Sequence record: NC_031050.1
Origin: Escherichia phage vB_EcoS_NBD2
Reading direction: 5' to 3' (one strand)
DNA: 51,802 nt
The stretch's first letter is position 1; each line of letters starts with the position of its first letter. A program made the position numbers and the translations under genes. A model generated the notes under the pieces. That model saw only the letters and a list, made by a program, of their open reading frames with translations, did not search any database and was not told the origin of the DNA. Of the stretch, positions 33,638 to 41,989 are shown in pieces.

Positions 33638-35933
33638 ATTTCGCAGTAAGCGCTGCAACCAACGCCTTCAACTCTTCAACATCGCTTTCCAGTTTTTCGA
33701 TCCTTAAATCCTTCTCCTCATCCTTTTTCTTTAACTCCTTGAATGCCTCAACGTAAAGCGCAGATAGGGCAGAATAATCAACGCCCAGAGGTTTTTCTAT
33801 CTCCCTGCATTCCTTATCAAGCACCCCCTTATAATCAGTTTCCGTTACCGCTTCCGGCAGAATCTTTTTAACATCCTGAGCGATAACACCAGCCTTTCTC
33901 ACAGTGTCCTGGATCGTGGTGTGCATTGAATAAGTCACGCCGTTAAGCTGGCAGATCTTATCAAGTGCGCTTACCACTGGCTTAATCCAGAATTTCGCCC
34001 TTTCATCAGACGTACTGGTGAAGGTTGTGGCTCGACATTCACCAGTAGCACCGTTTAGCGTTAACTGCTGACCTGAAGCGCCAGTACCGACGTTATCAGA
34101 TCGCAGGTTAAGCATCTGTGTATCGTTAGAATAGATCACGGCGCGGTTTTTTCCGCTAGTGTTCCGTAACCATAAGTGGGTGTTTGATGTCCCAGCACCG
34201 CCACTAATGTAAACGCTCGATCCGTTAACGAAAAGGTTAGCCGTTTCAGTATCTTTTCCGGCAAGCCTGATTCTGTCGCTAAGAGTTATGTTTGACGAGT
34301 GAGTATAGTTATGGAAAACCATATCATCCGTGGTGTTTGAAGGGTTTCCAATATATCCAGTATTCTTTGATAGATCGTTAAACAAGATATAGTGGGAATA
34401 ACCAGCCGTCGCTGGCCTAATCGCAATAGACGCCTCCGGCGATGAAGTTGCGATCTTTGAACTGTTAAAGTTTACGTCTTGCGCCTCAACAGTCAACCTT
34501 CCCCCACCAATGTAAGTGGAACCCTTAGAGATAATGCTCGTATATCCAGCGTGGAATCTCAAGTTTCCGCCACCAATCTGATCGGAGTTCATTCCGTCGC
34601 AAATTATCCTTGCGTCATAGTCATACTTTCCGCCGTAGTGAAAATCAACGTAAGATGCAACGTTCGGGTTTTTAATCCCAACTTCAATATTCGCTGGGGC
34701 TGGAGTCAAGGAGTTGAATGTTACGTAATTCTCCTCTGTAATGGCTATTGTTCTGGGAACCCCTGCTCCGTCACGCTTAATCCACTCAACAGACCCGTTT
34801 GCGTTTGCTCTGTTTTCGCTTGTTACAATCGTTGTGCCATCAGCCCTGTTTCTCCTGGCAACTAATGATCCAGACGGTGCGGAATCATCACTATTTCGCC
34901 TAATCTCCAAAGCGTTATTAAGATACAGGTTTTGGAATGTTGGGGAGTTACCAACGCCAAGCTCAAGGTTATTCCTTGATGTCTCTTTGTTCGCCACGTC
35001 AGAAAGGTTATTAGCCTTCTTCAACTGGTTATCAGGGTTAGCGCTAGCCGCTCTATCCGCCTCCGTTTTTGCCCGATCCGCTTGCTGCGTTGCCGTGGCA
35101 GCCGATGCCGCCGCAGCAACCTTGCTGGAGTTTGCGTTAGTCTCTGACGTTTTGGCGTTAGTTTCTGACGTTTTGGCAGCAGTTGCAGATCCAGAAGCCG
35201 CACTTGCTGAACCAGCCGCCGCCGTCTGCGATGCCGCCGCAGCAACCTTGCTGGAGTTTGCGTTAGTCTCTGACGTTTTGGCGTTAGTCTCTGACGTTTT
35301 GGCAGCAGTTGCAGACCCAGAAGCCGCACTTGCTGAACCAGCCGCCGAAGTTGCAGAAGATGCAGCCGCAGTGCGAGAAGTTCCCGCCGCAGTTTCAGAA
35401 GCTTTGGCGTTAGTCTCTGAGGTCTTAGCCGCCGTCTGTGATGCCGCCGCCGCCGTCTGTGATGCCTTCGACGCATTCTCTGACGCTTTCGAGTTGGTTT
35501 CAGAGGTTTTGGCGTTGGTCGCAGCGGTGCTGGCCGTTTGTGCATCTGCCTTTACCTGGTTGCCAATTGCAACGATACGCTCCCAATCGAAGTTTTGGAA
35601 AAACTCGATCGCATCTTCGATTACGGTTTCTTTGCTTTGGTAGTAACGTAGCGTTTCCGCCACATCCTGCGCCAGCCCGTCAACTGTGATGGAATCGTGC
35701 AACAAGATCACATACTTCGTGCCAGCCGCCACAACTGCGCCATCCGTAGCAGTTGCCCGCATTTCGGTTGGGCTAACGATTGATGAGATAGTGCAGATCG
35801 TTAGCGGTGCAGTTTGAAAAATCATGGTTGCGCCAACGCGAACAAGAGACAGCTTGTCTTGCCAGTTGGTGCCAACCCCCACAATAACGCCCTGGGCATT
35901 TAGCGAGGCCGTGCCCGTTCTGTAAATAGCCAT
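33636..35933 (-). CDS. tail fibre protein with C-terminal intramolecular chaperone-like domain
   Basis: 765 aa; internal Ala/Ser/Thr-rich repeats (KTSETNA units); C-terminal segment with coiled-coil end (EKDLRIEKLESDVEELKALVAALTAK). Confidence 0.65.
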   Translation of the reverse strand: MAIYRTGTASLNAQGVIVGVGTNWQDKLSLVRVGATMIFQTAPLTICTISSIVSPTEMRATATDGAVVAAGTKYVILLHDSITVDGLAQDVAETLRYYQSKETVIEDAIEFFQNFDWERIVAIGNQVKADAQTASTAATNAKTSETNSKASENASKASQTAAAASQTAAKTSETNAKASETAAGTSRTAAASSATSAAGSASAASGSATAAKTSETNAKTSETNANSSKVAAAASQTAAAGSASAASGSATAAKTSETNAKTSETNANSSKVAAAASAATATQQADRAKTEADRAASANPDNQLKKANNLSDVANKETSRNNLELGVGNSPTFQNLYLNNALEIRRNSDDSAPSGSLVARRNRADGTTIVTSENRANANGSVEWIKRDGAGVPRTIAITEENYVTFNSLTPAPANIEVGIKNPNVASYVDFHYGGKYDYDARIICDGMNSDQIGGGNLRFHAGYTSIISKGSTYIGGGRLTVEAQDVNFNSSKIATSSPEASIAIRPATAGYSHYILFNDLSKNTGYIGNPSNTTDDMVFHNYTHSSNITLSDRIRLAGKDTETANLFVNGSSVYISGGAGTSNTHLWLRNTSGKNRAVIYSNDTQMLNLRSDNVGTGASGQQLTLNGATGECRATTFTSTSDERAKFWIKPVVSALDKICQLNGVTYSMHTTIQDTVRKAGVIAQDVKKILPEAVTETDYKGVLDKECREIEKPLGVDYSALSALYVEAFKELKKKDEEKDLRIEKLESDVEELKALVAALTAK
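35104..35355 (-). repeat. in-frame tandem duplication (2 x 126 bp) inside tail fibre gene, each unit containing a 2 x 21-bp sub-repeat
   Basis: Copy 1 starts 35104, copy 2 starts 35230, near identical; encodes repeated KTSETNA-type units. Confidence 0.8.
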
Positions 35934-35944
35934 TTGTCAATCCT

Positions 35945-35975
35945 TCTGTTTGTTAATAGCACGAATTGCTAAAGG
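35945..35975 (-). promoter_or_regulatory. motif-containing candidate promoter for - strand tail fibre gene
   Basis: Motif TAGCACgaaTTGCTAAA at 35956-35973; on - strand it supplies gTGcTATTAA extended -10-like sequence about 20 nt before the start. Confidence 0.4.
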
Positions 35976-35995
35976 CCATTGTAGCAATGTTTCAG

Positions 35996-36022
35996 GCACA
36001 AAAAAACCCTCCGAAGAGGGTT
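35996..36022 (-). terminator. intrinsic terminator for - strand primase transcript
   Basis: CCCTC-cgaa-GAGGG with A8 on + strand, i.e. T8 after the hairpin on - strand. Confidence 0.6.
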
Positions 36023-36027
36023 TAAAT

Positions 36028-36963
36028 TCACTCCGCAGAGTCAATAAGATCCTGCGCGTTAAATAGTTGCCGCCGCATCCCTGTTTTGAAGTCCGATCCG
36101 TTCGGCACGATAACTTTCAACTCCCGATCATCTGCCATGTAAAGCGTTTGCAGGTCATCAGCAAGGCACGCAACGCGCAATTCCCGCTCTCCCTTGTAAC
36201 GATACGCCACGATCTCAAGGTTGCTTGCATCAGTACAAACCCAGACTTCCTGATTGGTTGCGAAGTTCACCCGCTCGCCATCAGCCCAATCATTCACCAG
36301 GTAGATCGCGCCCTCACTCTCTCCGACTTTTATCACCGCTCCCCGCGTGTAATCCTTTGCAAGAAACGATCGGCTTCCATCCTCGAAGGCAAACATTATG
36401 TTGCACATTTCATCATCAAGGCCGTCATCATGCACCATATGGCACGGCAACGCGTGGATAAACTCATCAGACCCATCAGGACGCGATTTAACTCCTACGC
36501 TGTACGATTCGCCGTATAAACCTTCAAAGACCGTTAGAGGCGTGCTTGAGCGCAATTCTGTGCGGCTCATTACTTCAATGCAGGCCTCGTGATCAATCTG
36601 TTTCCCAAACGTGTAGCCGTTGTCTCTGGTTGCCCGCTTATTTGCCTTAACGCGATACTCTTGCGGAACCTTACCCAGAAAGCGCCCCAGGATGTTAATC
36701 ACTTCACTGTACGGCTCGCCAGTTAAGCGCATCATCCAGCCAATGCCCTTATCCGCTCCGCAACTGTTACAGTAAGCGCCGCCGTCGCCAGGCTCTTCAA
36801 GTTTATCAGTCCAGCGGAATCGGTCTTTACCGCCGCATGACGGGCAACTCTGGTGTTTTTTGTTGAACACGATTGATGGCACGCCGCAAACAGACTGCAA
36901 AGCCTCACGCCAAAGGCCTTTCATGTACGGCAATACTTCTTCTTTCTGAAACATTTCATTCAT
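36028..36963 (-). CDS. DNA primase (zinc-ribbon plus Toprim-like)
   Basis: N-terminal CPSCGGKDRF...CNSCG zinc ribbon followed by an acidic-residue-rich domain. Confidence 0.6.
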   Translation of the reverse strand: MNEMFQKEEVLPYMKGLWREALQSVCGVPSIVFNKKHQSCPSCGGKDRFRWTDKLEEPGDGGAYCNSCGADKGIGWMMRLTGEPYSEVINILGRFLGKVPQEYRVKANKRATRDNGYTFGKQIDHEACIEVMSRTELRSSTPLTVFEGLYGESYSVGVKSRPDGSDEFIHALPCHMVHDDGLDDEMCNIMFAFEDGSRSFLAKDYTRGAVIKVGESEGAIYLVNDWADGERVNFATNQEVWVCTDASNLEIVAYRYKGERELRVACLADDLQTLYMADDRELKVIVPNGSDFKTGMRRQLFNAQDLIDSAE

Positions 36964-37017
36964 TGCTTTTGCTCCGGCAATAAAAAAGGTTGCACCGATT
37001 ATGGCACAACCTCTGGC

Positions 37018-37494
37018 TTATTCTTTAGCTTTTAGTGCTGCCTCACGCTCGCGCTTAATCCGTTTCCATGATGGTTGTTCCGGCTTGTGGGCTAACTCAT
37101 CCTCACGAACCACACGCATCATTTCACGCTTTTTGCATCGCACTGTTAATGGCTTGCCGTTGCCGTCGAAGGTGAGATCTGGTCGGCACCATGTAGCGCG
37201 AAAGCCCTTAGCCCCATTTCGCTTATATGCGTTGTGCGCCTTCTGCGCCCCGCGCGCGGAAATCATGCCGTTTTTAATCCAGATGGTGAGCAGTGAGTTT
37301 GAGATCTTCAACTCACGGCAAACGTTGGCCTTCGAGCCGTAAAACTCGATAAGCATTTCAAGGCGGGCACGCAATCCGGCCTTTACTTCATCTTTCAGAA
37401 CGTAGTAGCCTGTAGGCCGCTTGCGCTTCTTCTTGTCTGCGCCGCGCTGCGTTCCGTTGTTCCCGTTAATGGCTCGCTTGTCAACTTCAATCAT
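37018..37494 (-). CDS. HTH DNA-binding protein, putative transcriptional regulator
   Basis: Predicted helix-turn-helix around ANVCRELKISNSLLTIWIKNG; basic N- and C-termini. Confidence 0.45.
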   Translation of the reverse strand: MIEVDKRAINGNNGTQRGADKKKRKRPTGYYVLKDEVKAGLRARLEMLIEFYGSKANVCRELKISNSLLTIWIKNGMISARGAQKAHNAYKRNGAKGFRATWCRPDLTFDGNGKPLTVRCKKREMMRVVREDELAHKPEQPSWKRIKREREAALKAKE

Positions 37495-37505
37495 AAATCC
37501 CCCGA

Positions 37506-37547
37506 TAGCACTTTTTGTTAAACATTCTATTCGATAGCGTGTATTAT
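37506..37547 (+). promoter_or_regulatory. motif promoter (TAGCACtttTTGTTAAAC, 21 nt, TATTAT) in divergent intergenic region
   Basis: Motif 37506-37523, -10 37542-37547. Confidence 0.5.
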
Positions 37548-37585
37548 AGCCGTAATCGAACGAACCTCAAAGGCATTTAATCACC

Positions 37586-39661
37586 ATGAAAATTAAGAGC
37601 ATCAAGAAACAAATTGCAGAGTTGGGCGAAGCCAAAATAAAGGAAATTCAAGAGGCCTACACCTTCAACGGCGTTGTGCCTTATGCGTATCAATGCGTGA
37701 TGTTTGACGAGATCGGGAAGCGGATCGGAAAGTATCAGCACCCATTCTTTGTTAAAGCCTCCGTATCGGCTGGCAAAACGATTGGCTTCGCGATGGTCTG
37801 CAAGCGCCTTAGCCAGATGATCAGTGATAAATTCCCAAAGGGGTTGCCCGCGATGATTCTTGCGCGCCAGGGCGACATTGTGGCGCAGGATAGCGAAGAG
37901 ATCACAAACTTCGGCGTTCCAAATAGCGTTTACTGCGCAGGCCTAAACACAAAATCGGCATATTTCCCCATTATCGTTGGTTCAGAGGGAACCGTTGCGA
38001 ATGGTCTGTTTAAGGCGCTTGGCGATTTCGTTCCATTCGTGCTGGGCATTGATGAATGCCACCAGGTTGATTGGGAAGATCTTGCAGATTCGATCGACAA
38101 GAAAGAAAGCTATGAAGAAATGAGCCGCCCGAAGGATGAGGCATACATGATTAACGGCGAAGTATGTGAGCCAGGGATCAAGATTTCAAGCCTGCTTGAG
38201 CAGATGAATACCGTTGCACCAGGCGCAGGCCGCGCGCAGTACACCGTAATCATTCGCACCCTGCAAGAGCGCTGCAAGCGCGTGCATGGTAAAGAGCTTC
38301 GCATCTTCGGAATGACGGGATCGGAGTTCAGGGGAACAACCCCCATTCTGGTTGAGAACATGAAACTGCCTGGCTTCTGGCGTGAGCAGGTAACGAACAT
38401 CGACACGAATTATCTTATCGAATTCGGTTCAGTTGTTCCCACTGTGTTTGGCGGCACGGAAGGCCTGGGCTATGACTTGAGCGAGTTTAAGGCATCCGGT
38501 CAGGATGGTACGGCAGACTTTAGCGCAGCCGAAATGAAGAAGATGGAAAAGAAAATCCACGATAACGCCAGCATGACAAAGCGGATCATTGAAGCGGTTG
38601 TGAAGGAGGCTCAAAACAGAAACGGAGTGCTGATCACTTGCTCTGGGCAGCGCCACTGCAAAGAGGCCGCAAGCTATCTTCCACCGGATGCAACTTACGC
38701 CATCATCACGGAAAAGACCGGAACAAAGCAGCGCCAGCAGATTTTAGAGGATGCCAACAAGGGCAAGATAAAGTACATTTTCCAGGTTGTGGCGCTAACA
38801 ACTGGCGTGAACGTTCCATTCTGGGATTTCTCTGTCATACTCCGCAAGATCGGAAGCCTCACCCTTCTGATTCAGTTGCTGGGGCGCGGGATGCGATTGT
38901 TGAAGCCGTGGCAGAAGTTGCCGCCTTATAGCATGGTTAAGGAAGATCACCTTGTTTGGGATTTCGCCGGAACGATGGACGAATTAGGGCAGCTTTACTT
39001 TGATCCGATTCTGGAGGAGGCGCAGTATCAACGCCGATTCGACTCGAAGAAGGAGCCGAAGAAGTGCCCGATTTGCGGAACGGAAAACAGTTTCTTTGCC
39101 CGTCGCTGCATCAAGAAGGATGGGAACGGAAACCGCTGTGAGCACTTCTGGAAGTCTCGCGAGTGTGAAGATCAGATCGATAACCGAACAGGCGAAGTGC
39201 TTGTGAAGGGCTGCGGCACGCAAAATGACATTGTAGCGCGAATCTGTAGGCATTGTGATGTTAGCTTGAAAGATCCTAACGAGAATCTAACAGGCAAGGC
39301 GTACACTAAAAACGATTGGTGCGAAGTGCTTGATTTCAGTGTTGGTCTAACCAGAAATCAAACGGGCATCATCTACACTTACAGTCTGCGTGACAATATG
39401 GGCGTTGAGTTCACGGCCTATGAGAAGTTTTTCCCAGAGTCACAGGCGCAGATTTGCGGCACACTCTGGAAGAAGAAAGGCGTTGAGCCTCACGTTGCAG
39501 ACAGTAGGATCTCAAAGTTAATGGGGGCTTACCGAAGCGCACGGCTAATCATGCAAAACGTGCATCACATCATGAAGCCAGTACGCGTGACACATCGCAA
39601 GAATGGCAAGGGCGAGGATATCATTTCCCGCAAAGACTTTGGTATTGAGGTAAACGTATGA
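37586..39661 (+). CDS. SF2 DExH-box DNA helicase with C-terminal zinc ribbons
   Basis: Walker A SVSAGKT, Walker B/DECH in GIDECHQV, C-terminal CxxC pairs. Confidence 0.75.
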   Translation: MKIKSIKKQIAELGEAKIKEIQEAYTFNGVVPYAYQCVMFDEIGKRIGKYQHPFFVKASVSAGKTIGFAMVCKRLSQMISDKFPKGLPAMILARQGDIVAQDSEEITNFGVPNSVYCAGLNTKSAYFPIIVGSEGTVANGLFKALGDFVPFVLGIDECHQVDWEDLADSIDKKESYEEMSRPKDEAYMINGEVCEPGIKISSLLEQMNTVAPGAGRAQYTVIIRTLQERCKRVHGKELRIFGMTGSEFRGTTPILVENMKLPGFWREQVTNIDTNYLIEFGSVVPTVFGGTEGLGYDLSEFKASGQDGTADFSAAEMKKMEKKIHDNASMTKRIIEAVVKEAQNRNGVLITCSGQRHCKEAASYLPPDATYAIITEKTGTKQRQQILEDANKGKIKYIFQVVALTTGVNVPFWDFSVILRKIGSLTLLIQLLGRGMRLLKPWQKLPPYSMVKEDHLVWDFAGTMDELGQLYFDPILEEAQYQRRFDSKKEPKKCPICGTENSFFARRCIKKDGNGNRCEHFWKSRECEDQIDNRTGEVLVKGCGTQNDIVARICRHCDVSLKDPNENLTGKAYTKNDWCEVLDFSVGLTRNQTGIIYTYSLRDNMGVEFTAYEKFFPESQAQICGTLWKKKGVEPHVADSRISKLMGAYRSARLIMQNVHHIMKPVRVTHRKNGKGEDIISRKDFGIEVNV

Positions 39662-40077
39662 TCACCGATAAAGGCGAATATCTTGAGTATTACCAGGCTA
39701 ACCCGCTGGACACGTGGAAAGAGGACAAACACCAGGTTGATTGCGTGGCATGGCTGCGCTATCACTACCCGAACCTTTTATTCTGGCACACAGTCAACGA
39801 AGGGAAAAAGCATATCAATTCCGCCCTTCGTGATGAGCAGGCGGGGCTAAAAAAGGGCGTGAGCGACTTCGTAATCCTGATTGGTCATCACGATCGCAAG
39901 TACGCATTTGCAGCGATTGAGTTGAAGAGAACCAACAAGAGCGGCAAGGCCAAAGCCTCACCAGTTAGCAAAGAGCAGAAAGCTTTCTTGCTTGACGTTC
40001 GCGAGCGCGGAGGATTCGCGGCGGTTGCATACGGTCTGGATCAGTTTAAATTAGCGATCGAAGATATGTTGAAATAG
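39658..40077 (+). CDS. VRR-NUC domain nuclease
   Basis: 139 aa with D...E.K arrangement (DFVILIG...AIELKR) typical of VRR-NUC. Confidence 0.55.
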   Translation: MITDKGEYLEYYQANPLDTWKEDKHQVDCVAWLRYHYPNLLFWHTVNEGKKHINSALRDEQAGLKKGVSDFVILIGHHDRKYAFAAIELKRTNKSGKAKASPVSKEQKAFLLDVRERGGFAAVAYGLDQFKLAIEDMLK

Positions 40078-40117
40078 CACGAATTGCTAAACACGTGCCG
40101 GAGCAATCCGGCATAAT
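40075..40117 (+). promoter_or_regulatory. motif promoter (TAGCACgaaTTGCTAAAC, 22 nt, CATAAT)
   Basis: Motif 40075-40092, hairpin GCCGGA-gcaa-TCCGGC, -10 40112-40117. Confidence 0.55.
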
Positions 40118-40147
40118 CTCCACATCGAAACCAAATGAGATAAGACT

Positions 40148-40876
40148 ATGAAAGACGTTGCAGACAAAGACACTCATGACGCATTCGTAACCTTCGAACA
40201 GGTTGAGCGTGAGAACTTCATCACAAACGCGCTCGTTCCAGGTTGCGGGCATTATTCGGCGGTCAAGCCGGACACGTTCTATCAGGTTACGGGCAACCGT
40301 TATGCCGGAAGCAAGACGCCGGATGTTGTGCGCGATTTGTGGGCTACCGATCGCGAGCTTATCGGCTGGATGGAAAAGCGTTACGGCAAGTATGACATTG
40401 ACGCGGCAGCGAGCGAAAACAACGCAGTGTGTGAAAAGTTCTACGACGAAAAGCGCAACTGTTTGAAAATCTGGTGGGGCAAAGACAAGCACATCTGGCT
40501 CAATCCTCCGTACTCACATCCCGATCCTTTCGTTAAAAAGGCGATTGAGCAGATGGAGCACGGCAACCAGATTGATATGCTTCTTCCTGGCGACAACTCA
40601 ACGGCATGGTTTGCCGAAGCGCGAGCAAACGCGGCGGAGGTCATCTGGATTGAGGCAGAGATCACAGAGATTGACCAGCAGGAATACTGCCGAACCGGAC
40701 GCCTGGCCTTTATCTCTGGGCTAACCGGAAAACCAGTTGACGGCAATAACAAAGGCAGCGTGATTTTCATCATGCGCGAACTGAAAGAAGGCGAGACACA
40801 ACAAACGCATTACGTTTCCGTAAGCGAGATTTGCCCAGGTGTTAGCCGTAAAAAACCACGCAAGCGGAGTGTTTAA
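40148..40876 (+). CDS. dam: DNA N6-adenine methyltransferase (phage Dam-type)
   Basis: Catalytic NPPY motif in IWLNPPYSHPDPF. Confidence 0.7.
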   Translation: MKDVADKDTHDAFVTFEQVERENFITNALVPGCGHYSAVKPDTFYQVTGNRYAGSKTPDVVRDLWATDRELIGWMEKRYGKYDIDAAASENNAVCEKFYDEKRNCLKIWWGKDKHIWLNPPYSHPDPFVKKAIEQMEHGNQIDMLLPGDNSTAWFAEARANAAEVIWIEAEITEIDQQEYCRTGRLAFISGLTGKPVDGNNKGSVIFIMRELKEGETQQTHYVSVSEICPGVSRKKPRKRSV

Positions 40877-40877
40877 G

Positions 40878-41108
40878 ATGCGAGATCGCAACGTTAGACT
40901 GAATGAGATCGGCCTGAAATGTTTATTTGTTGGCCTTGTTTGCGCACAGCTTGAAATGGCTGGATTCACTGGAGATGCCTTCAAGCTGGCAAACTCTCTT
41001 GATATGAGCTTTGAAGAGATAGCGCCGAAGGATATCATTGAATGGGGCGCGCTAATCGCCAAAGACCTTGAAGAGTTCAAGGCTGAAAACCCCGAAGAGT
41101 TCGAATAG
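40878..41108 (+). CDS. hypothetical acidic protein
   Basis: ORF 40839..41108 trimmed to ATG 40878; acidic C-terminus. Confidence 0.4.
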   Translation: MRDRNVRLNEIGLKCLFVGLVCAQLEMAGFTGDAFKLANSLDMSFEEIAPKDIIEWGALIAKDLEEFKAENPEEFE

Positions 41109-41148
41109 CACTAATTGCTAAACATACCCGCCGCCGTGCGGGTATAAT
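41106..41148 (+). promoter_or_regulatory. motif promoter (TAGCACtaaTTGCTAAAC, 22 nt, TATAAT)
   Basis: Motif 41106-41123, -10 41143-41148. Confidence 0.6.
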
Positions 41149-41179
41149 TATTTCTATACCAACCGAACTGGAGCAGAAA

Positions 41180-41434
41180 ATGAAACGCACTTTCGATTAC
41201 TCAAAAACCGTTAGCACCTACAATTTCACAGAGTCACGCGGCAAAATCTTGATGCCTCACCTTCTGCGCCTGGCGCAATCATGCGCGCGTGAATCAATCG
41301 CCCTGGGTGATAATGGAGGGCTTGACGAGGCGATCGCGGTTGTTTATCTTCGCGCCGCATATGGTCATGAACCAGTTGGCACGCTTGAGCAAATGGCTAC
41401 GGCCTTCAACCTGCATGACGGCACATTATGTTAA
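41180..41434 (+). CDS. hypothetical protein
   Basis: 84-aa ORF, RBS ggagcag, preceded by motif promoter. Confidence 0.5.
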   Translation: MKRTFDYSKTVSTYNFTESRGKILMPHLLRLAQSCARESIALGDNGGLDEAIAVVYLRAAYGHEPVGTLEQMATAFNLHDGTLC

Positions 41435-41664
41435 TCGTTGAGCAGGGCAAGCGAGCCGTTTGGGAGCACATGAAAGAAGCTGGAATGGGCGATGATATCG
41501 CCCTGATCGCCAAATACTTCGACATTAAAGATGTGTGCCTAATCTACAACGGCAAGATGACTTTCATCGAAGAGAGGCCGCGCAAGTCAAACAGGATCGC
41601 AGTTGCAACGCAGCCATCGAAATCACTGGCGGAATATCTGAAAGACGCACGAGGCAAGAAATGA
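41428..41664 (+). CDS. hypothetical protein
   Basis: 78-aa ORF overlapping neighbours. Confidence 0.45.
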   Translation: MLIVEQGKRAVWEHMKEAGMGDDIALIAKYFDIKDVCLIYNGKMTFIEERPRKSNRIAVATQPSKSLAEYLKDARGKK

Positions 41665-41918
41665 ACTTACCAGGCTTGAACTTTGACCCCTTCCAGTATG
41701 CAGAGGTTGAGCGCATAACGGATGGTGATTACAGAAAAATCCCTTTCTCTGATTGGTTGCCGCCTGATTTTGAAGATGTGCTTTGCTCGCGCGGAGGAGG
41801 CTATAAGTTGATGTATTTCAGCCCCGCCACTGGTATGATGGCTACGGCTGAAACAGAAACGGCTGGCGAGTTTATCAACCCGAAAGATCTTGATCACTGG
41901 TTGAAAAAGGTAGCATGA
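41661..41918 (+). CDS. hypothetical protein
   Basis: ORF 41535..41918 trimmed to ATG 41661 (ATGA overlap). Confidence 0.4.
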   Translation: MNLPGLNFDPFQYAEVERITDGDYRKIPFSDWLPPDFEDVLCSRGGGYKLMYFSPATGMMATAETETAGEFINPKDLDHWLKKVA

Positions 41919-41989
41919 AACTAATTTTAGCTATAGTATTGCCTCCCGTAATCGGTTTTATTTTAATGTACTTTATTGTTATGTAAGGA

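Noticed and set aside
34741-35643. 300-aa + strand ORF and 174-aa - strand Arg-rich ORF across the tail fibre repeats
   Set aside because: Both are alternative-frame or antisense readings of the Ala/Ser/Thr-repeat region of the - strand tail fibre gene; their low-complexity composition comes from the repeat, not from a separate gene.
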